Assembly: GCA_018819225.1 (NCBI GenBank) | Contig: JAHJQN010000003.1 | Span: 32,001-96,000 of the forward strand | DNA length: 64,000 nucleotides | Direction of reading: 5' to 3' | DNA from: Candidatus Micrarchaeota archaeon | Lineage (GTDB): Archaea; Micrarchaeota; Micrarchaeia; Norongarragalinales; SBBD01 | In this document: positions 19,075 through 28,343 of the stretch, one piece after another | Position numbering within the stretch: the stretch's first letter is position 1 | How the letters are laid out: each line of letters starts with the position of its first letter | The notes under the pieces: generated by a model | The model's input: the letters and a program-made list of their open reading frames with translations, nothing else | What the model was told of the DNA's origin: nothing | Database searches by the model: none | Made by a program: the position numbers and the translations under genes

Positions 19075-22000
19075 GTCCATACCACCATGCTGATGTCCAC
19101 GGGACCCCAAATGTACGGAATGAACGTCAACACATCCGTTTCAACCCGAACATTCGAGGAGAGGATGACATCCACCGGATTGTTTTCCGAACCGGAACGG
19201 CCGAAGTTGGCGCCCGTGATCACGAAATTGATTTGGTCCAGTAATCGCAAAAGGGAATCATGCAAGGCATTGTTGATGGGATCCAAATCCTCCACCAGAA
19301 TGGGAGTGGCATTGAATCCCGGGAGACCGGCACCGATGGCCACGTAGACAAACCCGTCCTCGATGCCATCGTGATCCGTATCGTAATAAACCGTGACATT
19401 GCTGCCGTTCATTTCCTCAAAAACGCCTTCGAACGGAGCGTAGGCGCGCAAACGGAGGTTATAGATGACGCGGTTGCGGTCCGAACACGTCGGATTCACG
19501 TGAGAAACATTGAATCCGAGTTCGTCGCGTATTTGATTGGTTTCGTTTGGAGCCAACAAATTGATGGGAAGATAGACGTGATACGGATCGCCGAGATCCG
19601 TGTAGTTCGGGCCGTGAACCGACAAATTGAAAATGTTCTGCCATCCCCCGCCCGTCAACGAACTTTGCAGGTAAGCCCCTTTCGTCCAATAGAAACCCGA
19701 ATAGGAAGTGAGTTTGGCATCCGTAATCGTCATACCCGGCGGAATGAGGAAGCTTCCATCGCATCCGGGAAATGCGGCGGTTTCCGCATTGAGCGTAATT
19801 TCCTGGTATGCCGGAGGCGGGATATCGGGGTCGTAGACGATCTTGATGTACGAAGACGGATCGAGAATCGAGTCCGTCAGATTGCCTTGCGTCATGACTT
19901 GTTGCGTCGTGGTGACGCTGGTAAGAATATTCTCGACAATTTGACAATAAATGGTTTGAAGTTCCGAGGCGTTGGAACTGCTGTACGAGCTTCCGTTTCC
20001 GGCCAGCGCGATTTGAGTCACCGTATCGTTCCCGAGATTACAGGATGAAATGGGTCCGAATCCAACGGAATCAACCGTAACGTTAATGAGGTCTCGGAAC
20101 GCGCGATAGGAGGAATAATTGGCATTGAGGGCGGGCCATGAATCGGAAACCGAAAGGCTGCAGCTGTCATCATCACTGCAATAAATTCCGGTGGTGAGGT
20201 TCCCATGATAATACACGGGAGCGTACGTGCGAGCCCACGTCGTGCCATCCCATTCCCACACATCATAATCTCCTACCGCGTAAGCCATCGAGGAATTGAC
20301 GAGGTGAATTCCGTACAGGGCAGCACCCGTATTGACGGCTTGACTCCACGAGGACCCGTCCCATTCGTAAATGCGGTTGTTCGTGGTAACGGAAAATGCC
20401 GTGTTGGCATCGAGAATAGCCGCATCACGATGCGTATTACTGCCGGTATCCTCTTCTTCAGACCACGCACCTCCCAGCCAGCGATAAATCTTTCCGCTGC
20501 TTCCCACGGCGAGCGCATTCGTATTGCCATAAGTAGCCACCCCGTACAACGTTCCGCTGCCCATATCCTGAAACTCGTACCAGCCCGTTCCATCCCACGC
20601 CCAAATCTTATTGCTTTGACCAACGGCCCAAGCCCACGAGCTGTTTTGGAACGCTATGGCCAATACATCATTGCTACCGAAATCCGCGTCCTGCGCCCAA
20701 TTGCTTCCATCCCATCGCCAAATCCTGGAGCTATCTCCACCTGAAAATGCCAATGTTTCATTAAACATATCCACGCCGAAAATGTTGAGAGTCCCCAGGT
20801 CCTGTTCCAGCAACCACGCGGTTCCGTTCCAGTAATAGATTTCTCCGGCGTCGCCAACTGCCCTCGCCAGCGTGCGGTTAAGCGCAGACACGTGATTGAG
20901 ATCCGTCGTGGTTTGACCCGTTGTTTCCGGACTCCACGGAGGATGCCGTAACGCAAAACCCCCGCTGTCTGCCACCGCCAGATCGAGATCCGCATCGTTC
21001 ATGTAATTGCAGGAAGGCGTTGACCGATAATTCGCTACCCCGTCGGTCATCACCACAATATATTTGGAGCGGTTCGGACCGCTTTCCGAAGCCAGAATTT
21101 CGTAGGCGCGGTTAATGGCACACGAAACGCACGTTCCACCGCCTGCAGAATACAAATCCACTTGAGACGTCAAGTAACCGATATCGTCCGTAAGACTTTC
21201 CCAGTTATTGGCTTGCGTACTAAAGCCCACGAGTCCCACGTTGTTTCCAGGCGTGGGCGTTCCACCCGTGCACACGGACTCGTTACCGCCCAGCACCGCG
21301 TTGATGAACCATTTATCGAGACAGCGAGCGAGGGAAATGCGGCTGGTAGAGGACAAGAAGAGATCGGGGTCGCTGCAATTCGTAATGGAATTCCCGCCTA
21401 CTCCATCCTGATCCAGGCGCCAATTCATGCTGCCGGACAAGTCCGTGATAAGCGCGATGTCAACGGTTCCGTTGATGAGACCGCCGGTCAGGTTCGCGCT
21501 GACCAGCATTCGAAGCGGAATCGTGGTGTTGCTCAAATCAATGAACGTCACGTTATGGTCGCTGAAATTCTGCTGAAAATCGGAATTCTGGATGCGGATG
21601 GTCTGCGAGGAATTGGTGCCGGTGTGATTGAGAACGGTCGTGTTCCCAATCATGAGAACCGTCGAATAATTGTGCCCCGTAAAGAAGGTTACATTGGCAT
21701 TCATGGTCGTAATGTTTCCGGGAACGTAAAACGAATCGTACAAGTTAACCAGTCCGTGAATTCCGGGAAAATGGTAGTAAAGCACGTTGTCGGAATCGCT
21801 ATAAAGTTCTTGCGTGGAATAAACGAGTTTCAAGAACCCACCGCCCACGAATTGATCGGTAAAGTTGGAGCCGGAAGAGAAATTAAGGGAAAAATTGTTG
21901 ACACCGCTTGAGACGATATCATCGAGGCAAGCCGGCGCGGTAATCGTCCAATTGTCGACCGTGAAATTGCCGGGGGAAACGCTCATGGATTGACAAAACA

Positions 22001-22682
22001 CGTTATTGACATAAAAATCGAAATCGGCGCCGCCGTTCAGCTCCATATAGATCTTTGAAACGTTGGCGTCCGAAGGAAGATCATGAATGGTGGCGGTGAT
22101 GTTTCCTTGTCCTACGAACCCCCCGAAGAAGAAATAGGAGGCCAAATCGGTTCCAATAATGTTCTCGAGGTATGCCCGCGCCACAATGCCCGTCAAGGGA
22201 GCGGTTCGACTGAACCCGGATGCGGCGCGGCGGCTGACCGTGGTCGTCAGAATGGACGCATTGATTCGATCCGTGGTGTTGTAAATCACGTCCCCTCCTA
22301 TCTGAAGCTCCCAACCCATATTCGCGGGTAAAAAGGGAGAGAGAAGCTGTTGCGTCACATTATGGGCATCGCTGAGGTTGCTGGGATTGTTCGCGCTCCA
22401 AAACAAGCCAATCGCATTGAGTAAGGACGCGTTCAAATCCGAATCTTGAAGAACGCCTCGTTGAAATAAGTCGTCAATAGCGGGTTCATTGCGCACGTCG
22501 GAAATTTTCACCAATGCCACGACATCCACGGAATCCTCCGCAAGAAAATGCAGATACTCCGTGGTGTGATGGGTGGGAACCGGTTGGGAACTGATGAGCA
22601 ATAGAACCGGAATCGTCGAGACGACCACGAGTAACGCAAACGATGCATCTAATGTGAATACAATACTTTTCCTCAATCCCAT
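19071..22682 (-). CDS. Large pilin-like adhesin with a vWA domain and beta-propeller-like repeats
   Basis: LRKS|IVFTLDA class III-like N-terminus; MIDAS motifs DLSGS and VMTDG; AVG..G.I..W.G..W repeats. Confidence 0.8.
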   Translation of the reverse strand: MGLRKSIVFTLDASFALLVVVSTIPVLLLISSQPVPTHHTTEYLHFLAEDSVDVVALVKISDVRNEPAIDDLFQRGVLQDSDLNASLLNAIGLFWSANNPSNLSDAHNVTQQLLSPFLPANMGWELQIGGDVIYNTTDRINASILTTTVSRRAASGFSRTAPLTGIVARAYLENIIGTDLASYFFFGGFVGQGNITATIHDLPSDANVSKIYMELNGGADFDFYVNNVFCQSMSVSPGNFTVDNWTITAPACLDDIVSSGVNNFSLNFSSGSNFTDQFVGGGFLKLVYSTQELYSDSDNVLYYHFPGIHGLVNLYDSFYVPGNITTMNANVTFFTGHNYSTVLMIGNTTVLNHTGTNSSQTIRIQNSDFQQNFSDHNVTFIDLSNTTIPLRMLVSANLTGGLINGTVDIALITDLSGSMNWRLDQDGVGGNSITNCSDPDLFLSSTSRISLARCLDKWFINAVLGGNESVCTGGTPTPGNNVGLVGFSTQANNWESLTDDIGYLTSQVDLYSAGGGTCVSCAINRAYEILASESGPNRSKYIVVMTDGVANYRSTPSCNYMNDADLDLAVADSGGFALRHPPWSPETTGQTTTDLNHVSALNRTLARAVGDAGEIYYWNGTAWLLEQDLGTLNIFGVDMFNETLAFSGGDSSRIWRWDGSNWAQDADFGSNDVLAIAFQNSSWAWAVGQSNKIWAWDGTGWYEFQDMGSGTLYGVATYGNTNALAVGSSGKIYRWLGGAWSEEEDTGSNTHRDAAILDANTAFSVTTNNRIYEWDGSSWSQAVNTGAALYGIHLVNSSMAYAVGDYDVWEWDGTTWARTYAPVYYHGNLTTGIYCSDDDSCSLSVSDSWPALNANYSSYRAFRDLINVTVDSVGFGPISSCNLGNDTVTQIALAGNGSSYSSSNASELQTIYCQIVENILTSVTTTQQVMTQGNLTDSILDPSSYIKIVYDPDIPPPAYQEITLNAETAAFPGCDGSFLIPPGMTITDAKLTSYSGFYWTKGAYLQSSLTGGGWQNIFNLSVHGPNYTDLGDPYHVYLPINLLAPNETNQIRDELGFNVSHVNPTCSDRNRVIYNLRLRAYAPFEGVFEEMNGSNVTVYYDTDHDGIEDGFVYVAIGAGLPGFNATPILVEDLDPINNALHDSLLRLLDQINFVITGANFGRSGSENNPVDVILSSNVRVETDVLTFIPYIWGPVDISMVVWT

Positions 22683-23185
22683 ACGACCACGTTCAAATTG
22701 ACGATCTGACGAGACGTTTCATTCCATTGAAGCAAAGCGATTCGGGTAACGGAAATCACGTCCCTTGCCGAAGAACTGTCTCGGCCAAACCTCGTTTCAT
22801 TCCCTTGAATCGTCAAGGGAGTTCCATTGGCATCCGTGACGGATACATTCAAGTCATACCGCGGAATGCCGATGAGACTTTTAATGTGATAATAATCGGA
22901 CTCCAGCGCGTTCATGAACAAGAGCACTTTAGTGACATTGAGTAGGTGTTCGGTATTCGCGAGACCCGCGCTTTGTACACTCGTTTCATTCCAGTCGGAA
23001 GGAGATCCCGGACTGCGCACCAGCATATCCGAAACCGCGAGGGCCCGGGAATGAATCATGCGCTGATTGGCCGACTCCACCGTATGAAAACGGATATTAT
23101 CCCACAAGGGAAGAATGAGGGCAAGCACCACGAGAAACACCAGTAGACCAATCGCAAAATCGCTGGAGAACATGCCCCTATTCAA
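22673..23185 (-). CDS. Class III signal peptide protein (minor pilin)
   Basis: TTG start at 23185; NRG|MFSSDF plus hydrophobic helix; SDMLVRSPGSPSDW block. Confidence 0.7.
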   Translation of the reverse strand: MNRGMFSSDFAIGLLVFLVVLALILPLWDNIRFHTVESANQRMIHSRALAVSDMLVRSPGSPSDWNETSVQSAGLANTEHLLNVTKVLLFMNALESDYYHIKSLIGIPRYDLNVSVTDANGTPLTIQGNETRFGRDSSSARDVISVTRIALLQWNETSRQIVNLNVVVWD

Positions 23186-23573
23186 GGTAAACCACCCCGC
23201 CTTCGTTGCGAACCTGAACGGAATAGCCCGCAATATTTAAATTGAAATTCGTCGTGGATACCGGCGCGGAATAACTGAAATTCTCGGTGCCCCATATGAC
23301 GACCACGCGTTGTTCATCCGGAAAACCCGTCACGGCATAGGTTTCGCCGTCCAAATGGGAGGGAATAGTAAAATTAGCGGAGTATCCATCACCGACGGAA
23401 ACCGCCGTATTGATGTGCGCGGCCAACAACTGGCCGATTCGCTCGCCTTCCACCAGCGAACGCGCCCGTAACACTTCATTATTTCGCTCGAAAGAAACCC
23501 AAAGAAAAACCATGAGCAAAATAATCATGAATCCAACATAGGTAGTGAGCTCGATGCCCGATTGCGCCCGAAT
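23178..23573 (-). CDS. Type IV pilin-like protein with an apparent non-canonical (ATT) start
   Basis: Reading upstream of the annotated ATG 23528 gives (I)RAQSGIELTTYVGF, a QxxxE class III signal. There is an in-frame TGA at 23595-23597 and no ATG/GTG/TTG in between. Confidence 0.7.
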   Translation of the reverse strand: MRAQSGIELTTYVGFMIILLMVFLWVSFERNNEVLRARSLVEGERIGQLLAAHINTAVSVGDGYSANFTIPSHLDGETYAVTGFPDEQRVVVIWGTENFSYSAPVSTTNFNLNIAGYSVQVRNEGGVVYLE

Positions 23574-23574
23574 G

Positions 23575-23982
23575 TCAACCGCCCTCCGTAATATTCACGA
23601 ACGTTCCTTCGGATTTGATGAGAAGCACCACGGGCCCCGCTCGCGTCGGCAGCGTCCCTTGAACATCTCCCAACGTCACCGCGTATACGTCCGTCAACCC
23701 CGCGGGAGTGGAAAGTTTAATCATCACTTCCTTCAAATCGACCGTAGCCGCTTGAATGTTATCGGGAAATACCACTTGCACGCGAAGCTGGGACGGCTCT
23801 CCTTGGATGTAGACGAGATCCGCCGCATCCGCAATTTTATGCACGGCGAGTTTAGCGTAAGCAAACTGAAGCTCCTGACGCGACGCATTCATTTCATTGT
23901 TGACATAAAGCCAAAGGGGAAGCACGATGGCCATACTGAGACCTAAGACGACGAGATATTCCATAGCGACTTGGGCACGCAT
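23575..23982 (-). CDS. Type IV pilin (class III signal peptide, QxxxE type)
   Basis: MRA|QVAMEY followed by a hydrophobic helix; IADAADLVY.QG motif. Confidence 0.85.
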   Translation of the reverse strand: MRAQVAMEYLVVLGLSMAIVLPLWLYVNNEMNASRQELQFAYAKLAVHKIADAADLVYIQGEPSQLRVQVVFPDNIQAATVDLKEVMIKLSTPAGLTDVYAVTLGDVQGTLPTRAGPVVLLIKSEGTFVNITEGG

Positions 23983-24073
23983 GGAAATGGGTAAGGACCC
24001 GTTCTTAAAAAAGGTTGTTTCTGGATGAGAAAATACCTAAGCCTTTTATATTCGGCGAATGTAATGCCTGGCA

Positions 24074-24685
24074 ATGGAAAAGAGGGAGGGAAAGCTCGAT
24101 ACGTCTATCGATCGCCTCGTCGAGTTCATCCGTCTTAAGAAGTCAACGACCGTCGATGAAGCAGCGAGAGCCTTATCGTTATCGCAGAAGCAGGTGGAAG
24201 AAATTGCCGAAGTCCTCGCGGAAAGCGGCCTCATCCATTTGAAATACGAGTTTTCGGGAATTCGGCTGTCCCCCCAACTCGTTCAAAAACACGATGTGAG
24301 CACCGAACGGGAACCGAAAGACCAAAGTCCCCTTCAACGCATGAACGAAATCAAGACGGAATTGGATTCCGTGGAAGGCATGCTTGATTTTTCGCAAAAG
24401 GATATCGGCCGGCGCATCGACAATATCACCGAACACTTTCGCGAAACGGAACGCATGGACCTGGAAAACGAAAACACGCAGGACATGACGCGACACATCG
24501 ATGGTTTGTTGCACCAGATGGAAATGATTCAAGCCAAAGTGACGCTGCTGGAAACCAAAGCTCAAAAAGCGCGAGAAGAAATGAAGCGATTCGAACGCGA
24601 ATTGGAAATGCATGGAGGAAAAACAGCAGGAAAACTGACTCGCGCCTGGAGGAAACTGCGCAGGATCATTCGGAAAAAGACATAA
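24074..24685 (+). CDS. Winged-helix plus coiled-coil protein upstream of the pilus ATPase
   Basis: N-terminal HTH-like segment (TTVDEAARALSLSQKQVEEIAEVLAESGLI), heptad-rich middle and basic amphipathic C-terminus. Confidence 0.65.
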   Translation: MEKREGKLDTSIDRLVEFIRLKKSTTVDEAARALSLSQKQVEEIAEVLAESGLIHLKYEFSGIRLSPQLVQKHDVSTEREPKDQSPLQRMNEIKTELDSVEGMLDFSQKDIGRRIDNITEHFRETERMDLENENTQDMTRHIDGLLHQMEMIQAKVTLLETKAQKAREEMKRFERELEMHGGKTAGKLTRAWRKLRRIIRKKT

Positions 24686-24724
24686 GAATAAATACGGGGA
24701 ATCCGTAATGCACAGGAGGAAGTC

Positions 24725-26359
24725 ATGAAAGTCTTAGCGGTTTACAAAGTGGAAAGCGAGCAGGTCGTTGCGGACGTGCGGGTGCTCCAGCGGGACGACG
24801 AGTACATCAACACCTATGAATTGGAATACTTGCATTTGAATCCGGCGACCCGCGCCGTACTCCAGCGATTAAAGGAACGAATTATCGATAGCGTGGACGT
24901 GAAGATTTCGGATCTCGTCTCCAAAGCCGAAGACGAAAATATCCGGCGCACGTTTTATAAACGGGCCAAAGAAATTTTGAAACGCGAACTTCCGGACGCG
25001 ACGGAAGATGAAGAAAACTTCCTTTCGGGAAGACTCATGCAGGAAATGCTGGGGCTCGGGGACCTGGAGCTTTTGCTTTCGGATCCGCAACTGGAAGAAG
25101 TGATCGTTAATTCCGCGAAAGAAAACGTATGGGTATACCACCGCACGTTTGGATGGCTGAAATCCAACATCATCATCAAGAAAGAGGAGCAAATCCAAAA
25201 CTATTCGGAAATCATCGGACGGAAAATTGGTCGACAGATTACAACTCTCAATCCCTTGATGGACGCGAACCTACTCTCCGGAAACCGAGTGAACTGCGTG
25301 TTACTGCCGATCAGCAGCAAAGGAAACAGCATCGTGATACGAAAATTCCGCGCGGATCCATGGACGATCGTGCACCTCATCGATCCCGTTAACAAAACGC
25401 TGTCAGCGGAAGTCGCGGCGCTCCTCTGGCTGTGCATCCAATACGAAATGAACATTCTCGTCGGAGGGGGAACCGGTAGCGGAAAAACATCGTTCTTGAA
25501 CGCCGTGTTATTGTTCACGCCGCCGAATCAACGAGTCGTCAGCATTGAAGATACGCGCGAGCTCGTGCTGCCCGATTTCCTGCATTGGACGCCCATGGTC
25601 ACGAGACAACCGAATACGGAAGGAAAAGGAGAAATCACGATGTTGGATCTCATGATCAACAGTTTGCGTATGCGACCGGACCGAATCGTGTTAGGTGAAA
25701 CGCGCAGGCAGCGGGAAGCCGAGGTTCTATTTGAGGCGATGCATACGGGGCATTCGGTGCTCAGTACCTTTCACGCGGAAGACGTGTTCCAACTGAAAAA
25801 TCGGTTGATTCACGCACCCGTAAACATTCCCGAACTCTTACTGAGTGCCATTAACCTCGTGGTCATCCAGTACCGGCAACGACGCACCGGATTTCGACGC
25901 ACATTCGAGATAGCGGAATTCCTGGAGGAAGAAGACAAAGTCTCGGCGAACGTGCTTTACCGATGGAACCCCCAGCAGGATGAGTTGGAGAAAGTGGGCG
26001 AATCCATCAAACTGTATTCCACGTTAAGTTTGTACACGGGCATGACGCCGAAAGAAATTCATGGGGAATTGAAGGAGCGCCAATCGGTATTGGAATACAT
26101 GTTGAAGCATCGGATTTTCGGGGTCAACGAAGTCGGACGCATCGTCGCCTGGTACTACCGAGATAAAAAGCGGTTGATTAACGTCGTGGAAAACGACGAG
26201 GAACCCAATAAATTACTGGAACCGGAAGAAACGGGAAAAGAAGAAGAAGAGAATCAACCGATGGAAAATCAAAAGAAGAAAAAGGAAGTCCATGCCCCGA
26301 AGAAAGAAAGCAAGGACAGCATCCGCAAAAAATTGAAAGCCATCCTCGGGGAGAAGTAA
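24725..26359 (+). CDS. Type IV pilus / type II secretion assembly ATPase (VirB11/CpaF/ArlI family)
   Basis: Walker A GGTGSGKT, SIEDTREL, LRMRPDRIVLGETR and MHTGH..STFHA. Confidence 0.93.
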   Translation: MKVLAVYKVESEQVVADVRVLQRDDEYINTYELEYLHLNPATRAVLQRLKERIIDSVDVKISDLVSKAEDENIRRTFYKRAKEILKRELPDATEDEENFLSGRLMQEMLGLGDLELLLSDPQLEEVIVNSAKENVWVYHRTFGWLKSNIIIKKEEQIQNYSEIIGRKIGRQITTLNPLMDANLLSGNRVNCVLLPISSKGNSIVIRKFRADPWTIVHLIDPVNKTLSAEVAALLWLCIQYEMNILVGGGTGSGKTSFLNAVLLFTPPNQRVVSIEDTRELVLPDFLHWTPMVTRQPNTEGKGEITMLDLMINSLRMRPDRIVLGETRRQREAEVLFEAMHTGHSVLSTFHAEDVFQLKNRLIHAPVNIPELLLSAINLVVIQYRQRRTGFRRTFEIAEFLEEEDKVSANVLYRWNPQQDELEKVGESIKLYSTLSLYTGMTPKEIHGELKERQSVLEYMLKHRIFGVNEVGRIVAWYYRDKKRLINVVENDEEPNKLLEPEETGKEEEENQPMENQKKKKEVHAPKKESKDSIRKKLKAILGEK

Positions 26360-26366
26360 AGGTGCG

Positions 26367-27257
26367 TTGGCCGTGAAAGTACCCTTCAGCATTCTTCCGC
26401 CACCCGTTGTTGAAAAAATCGCGACGGTCGGATCGATAGCCCGCGCCGGAAATGTGGCGAGCACGTTCTTTCCCCATCTCGGGGAGCAACTCATTCAAGT
26501 CAGCGGGGACGTTCACCATCGCACGTACATGGCTCAAGCACTCGTCGCGTCATTCTTCAACTTTTTTTTCTTGTTCGTTGGAAGCATCGCGTTATACCAA
26601 ATAACTCAAAACCCCGACATTCTCTGGCAAGGCCCTCTGGTGGCCCTTTTCATGGGATTCATCTCGCTGATCACGATCGTCAATTACCCGCGCATCATCG
26701 CTCGAAAACAAGCGAGGAATATCGAAAACGAGTTGATTCCCGCCATGCGTCAGTTGCTCATTCAAGTGAAAAGTGGCGTTCCCTTGTTCGATGCCATGGC
26801 CAGTATTTGCGCCGATTACGGAAGCGTCTCCCGCGAATTCCGGAAAATGGTCAAGAAAATTAACGGCGGCTTAAGCATCGAAAGCACCTTTGAAGAAGAA
26901 AGCAAGCGCACCCCCTCCAAACAACTCAAACGCATTCTCTGGCACATCTCGAATGCCCTGAAAGTCGGGACCGATGTCGGCATCGCACTGGAAGAAATCA
27001 TTGAAGATTTGACCAAGGAACGCATTGACGATATCCGCAGGTACGGACAGGAGCTGAGTCCGTGGACCATGATATATATGCTCGCGGCCATCATCGTCCC
27101 GTCACTCGGAATCACGATGATGCTCGTCGTTATTTCATTCCTAGGCGTTCAAGTGCCCCCTATTTTCTTCGCGTTCACGTTATTGTTTATCATCGGTTTC
27201 CAACTATTTTTTATGGATTTTGTCCGCAGCCGTCGCCCGGCAGTCGAAGACGTGTGA
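26367..27257 (+). CDS. Pilus platform membrane protein (T2SS-F/TadB-like)
   Basis: TM segments flanking IENELIPAMRQL..QVKSGVPL..A; directly follows the ATPase. Confidence 0.85.
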   Translation: MAVKVPFSILPPPVVEKIATVGSIARAGNVASTFFPHLGEQLIQVSGDVHHRTYMAQALVASFFNFFFLFVGSIALYQITQNPDILWQGPLVALFMGFISLITIVNYPRIIARKQARNIENELIPAMRQLLIQVKSGVPLFDAMASICADYGSVSREFRKMVKKINGGLSIESTFEEESKRTPSKQLKRILWHISNALKVGTDVGIALEEIIEDLTKERIDDIRRYGQELSPWTMIYMLAAIIVPSLGITMMLVVISFLGVQVPPIFFAFTLLFIIGFQLFFMDFVRSRRPAVEDV

Positions 27258-27263
27258 TCCCCT

Positions 27264-28316
27264 ATGCCCCGCATCCGTTTGTATTACATTCTCTCGCAGA
27301 TCTTCCCGAATCAAGGCCTTCAATCCATTGAAAAAATGATTGTCCAGGCGGGTTTCACCACCATTGATCCGAGAAAGTACGCGGGATTCATGGTCATCTT
27401 CACGATAGCCGCCGCAATCGTTGCGGCCATTGTTATCAACCAATTCTATCCGGATCCGTTGTGGATGGGGCCAGCGGCAGGCCTCTTTTCCCTGATCGTC
27501 GTGGGCGGAACGTTTTATATCGTGCTGTACATGTCCGCTGAAAATCGCGCGATGGCCATTGAAGAAAACCTTCCGGAAGCGCTTCGAATCATTTCCGCCA
27601 ATATCCGAGCCGGGATGACGATCGAGAACGCGGTATGGAGCGTCAGCAAACCCGAGTTCGGGGTTTTGGGAGAAGAAATCAAACGCGTCTCCGTCGGGGT
27701 TTACGGAGGAAAACCCATCCAGCAAAGCCTGATGGAAATGGGCGAACGAGTCGACTCCAAAATATTGCAGCGGTCCGTGAAACTATTATCAGAAGGCATT
27801 ACACTCGGAGGAGAAATTGCGAATTTGCTGGATTCCGTATCCGACAATATCAAACAAACCAAGAACTTGCGGAAAGAAATTCGCAATGCGACGCTGTCGT
27901 ATACGTTGTTCATTGTCTTCTCCGCGATTCTGGTGGCCCCCATGCTGTTCTCCGTATCGCTGTACTATGCTGAAACGAACGAACGCATCGCACAACAACA
28001 GCAAGCCGTTAACTTCAGCAATATTCAGCAAGGCGGGCCGGGGTCGCAATTTGCCGGAGGAGGGATCAGCAGCATGGCATTCCAGAACATCCAATCTGAA
28101 ATCACCGCGAAGGATATCCGAATTTTCGCGTTGAGCGCCATCAGCATTACGGCGTTCTTCAGTGCACTACTCATTGGACTCATCCAGCATGGAAAAGCCC
28201 GTTGGGGCCTCAAACTCGTGCCGATTTTCATCATTGTATCGATCGGCATCTTCTTTTTCGTGAGAAGCATGCTGGGGGCCGCTTTTGGAAGTATCATCGG
28301 TTCCAGTCCCACTTAA
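27264..28316 (+). CDS. Pilus platform membrane protein (T2SS-F/TadC-like)
   Basis: IEENLPEALRIISANIRAGMT and PEFGVLGEEI; multiple TMs. Confidence 0.87.
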   Translation: MPRIRLYYILSQIFPNQGLQSIEKMIVQAGFTTIDPRKYAGFMVIFTIAAAIVAAIVINQFYPDPLWMGPAAGLFSLIVVGGTFYIVLYMSAENRAMAIEENLPEALRIISANIRAGMTIENAVWSVSKPEFGVLGEEIKRVSVGVYGGKPIQQSLMEMGERVDSKILQRSVKLLSEGITLGGEIANLLDSVSDNIKQTKNLRKEIRNATLSYTLFIVFSAILVAPMLFSVSLYYAETNERIAQQQQAVNFSNIQQGGPGSQFAGGGISSMAFQNIQSEITAKDIRIFALSAISITAFFSALLIGLIQHGKARWGLKLVPIFIIVSIGIFFFVRSMLGAAFGSIIGSSPT

Positions 28317-28343
28317 AAACATTATAGGCGACAATACCGCTTG

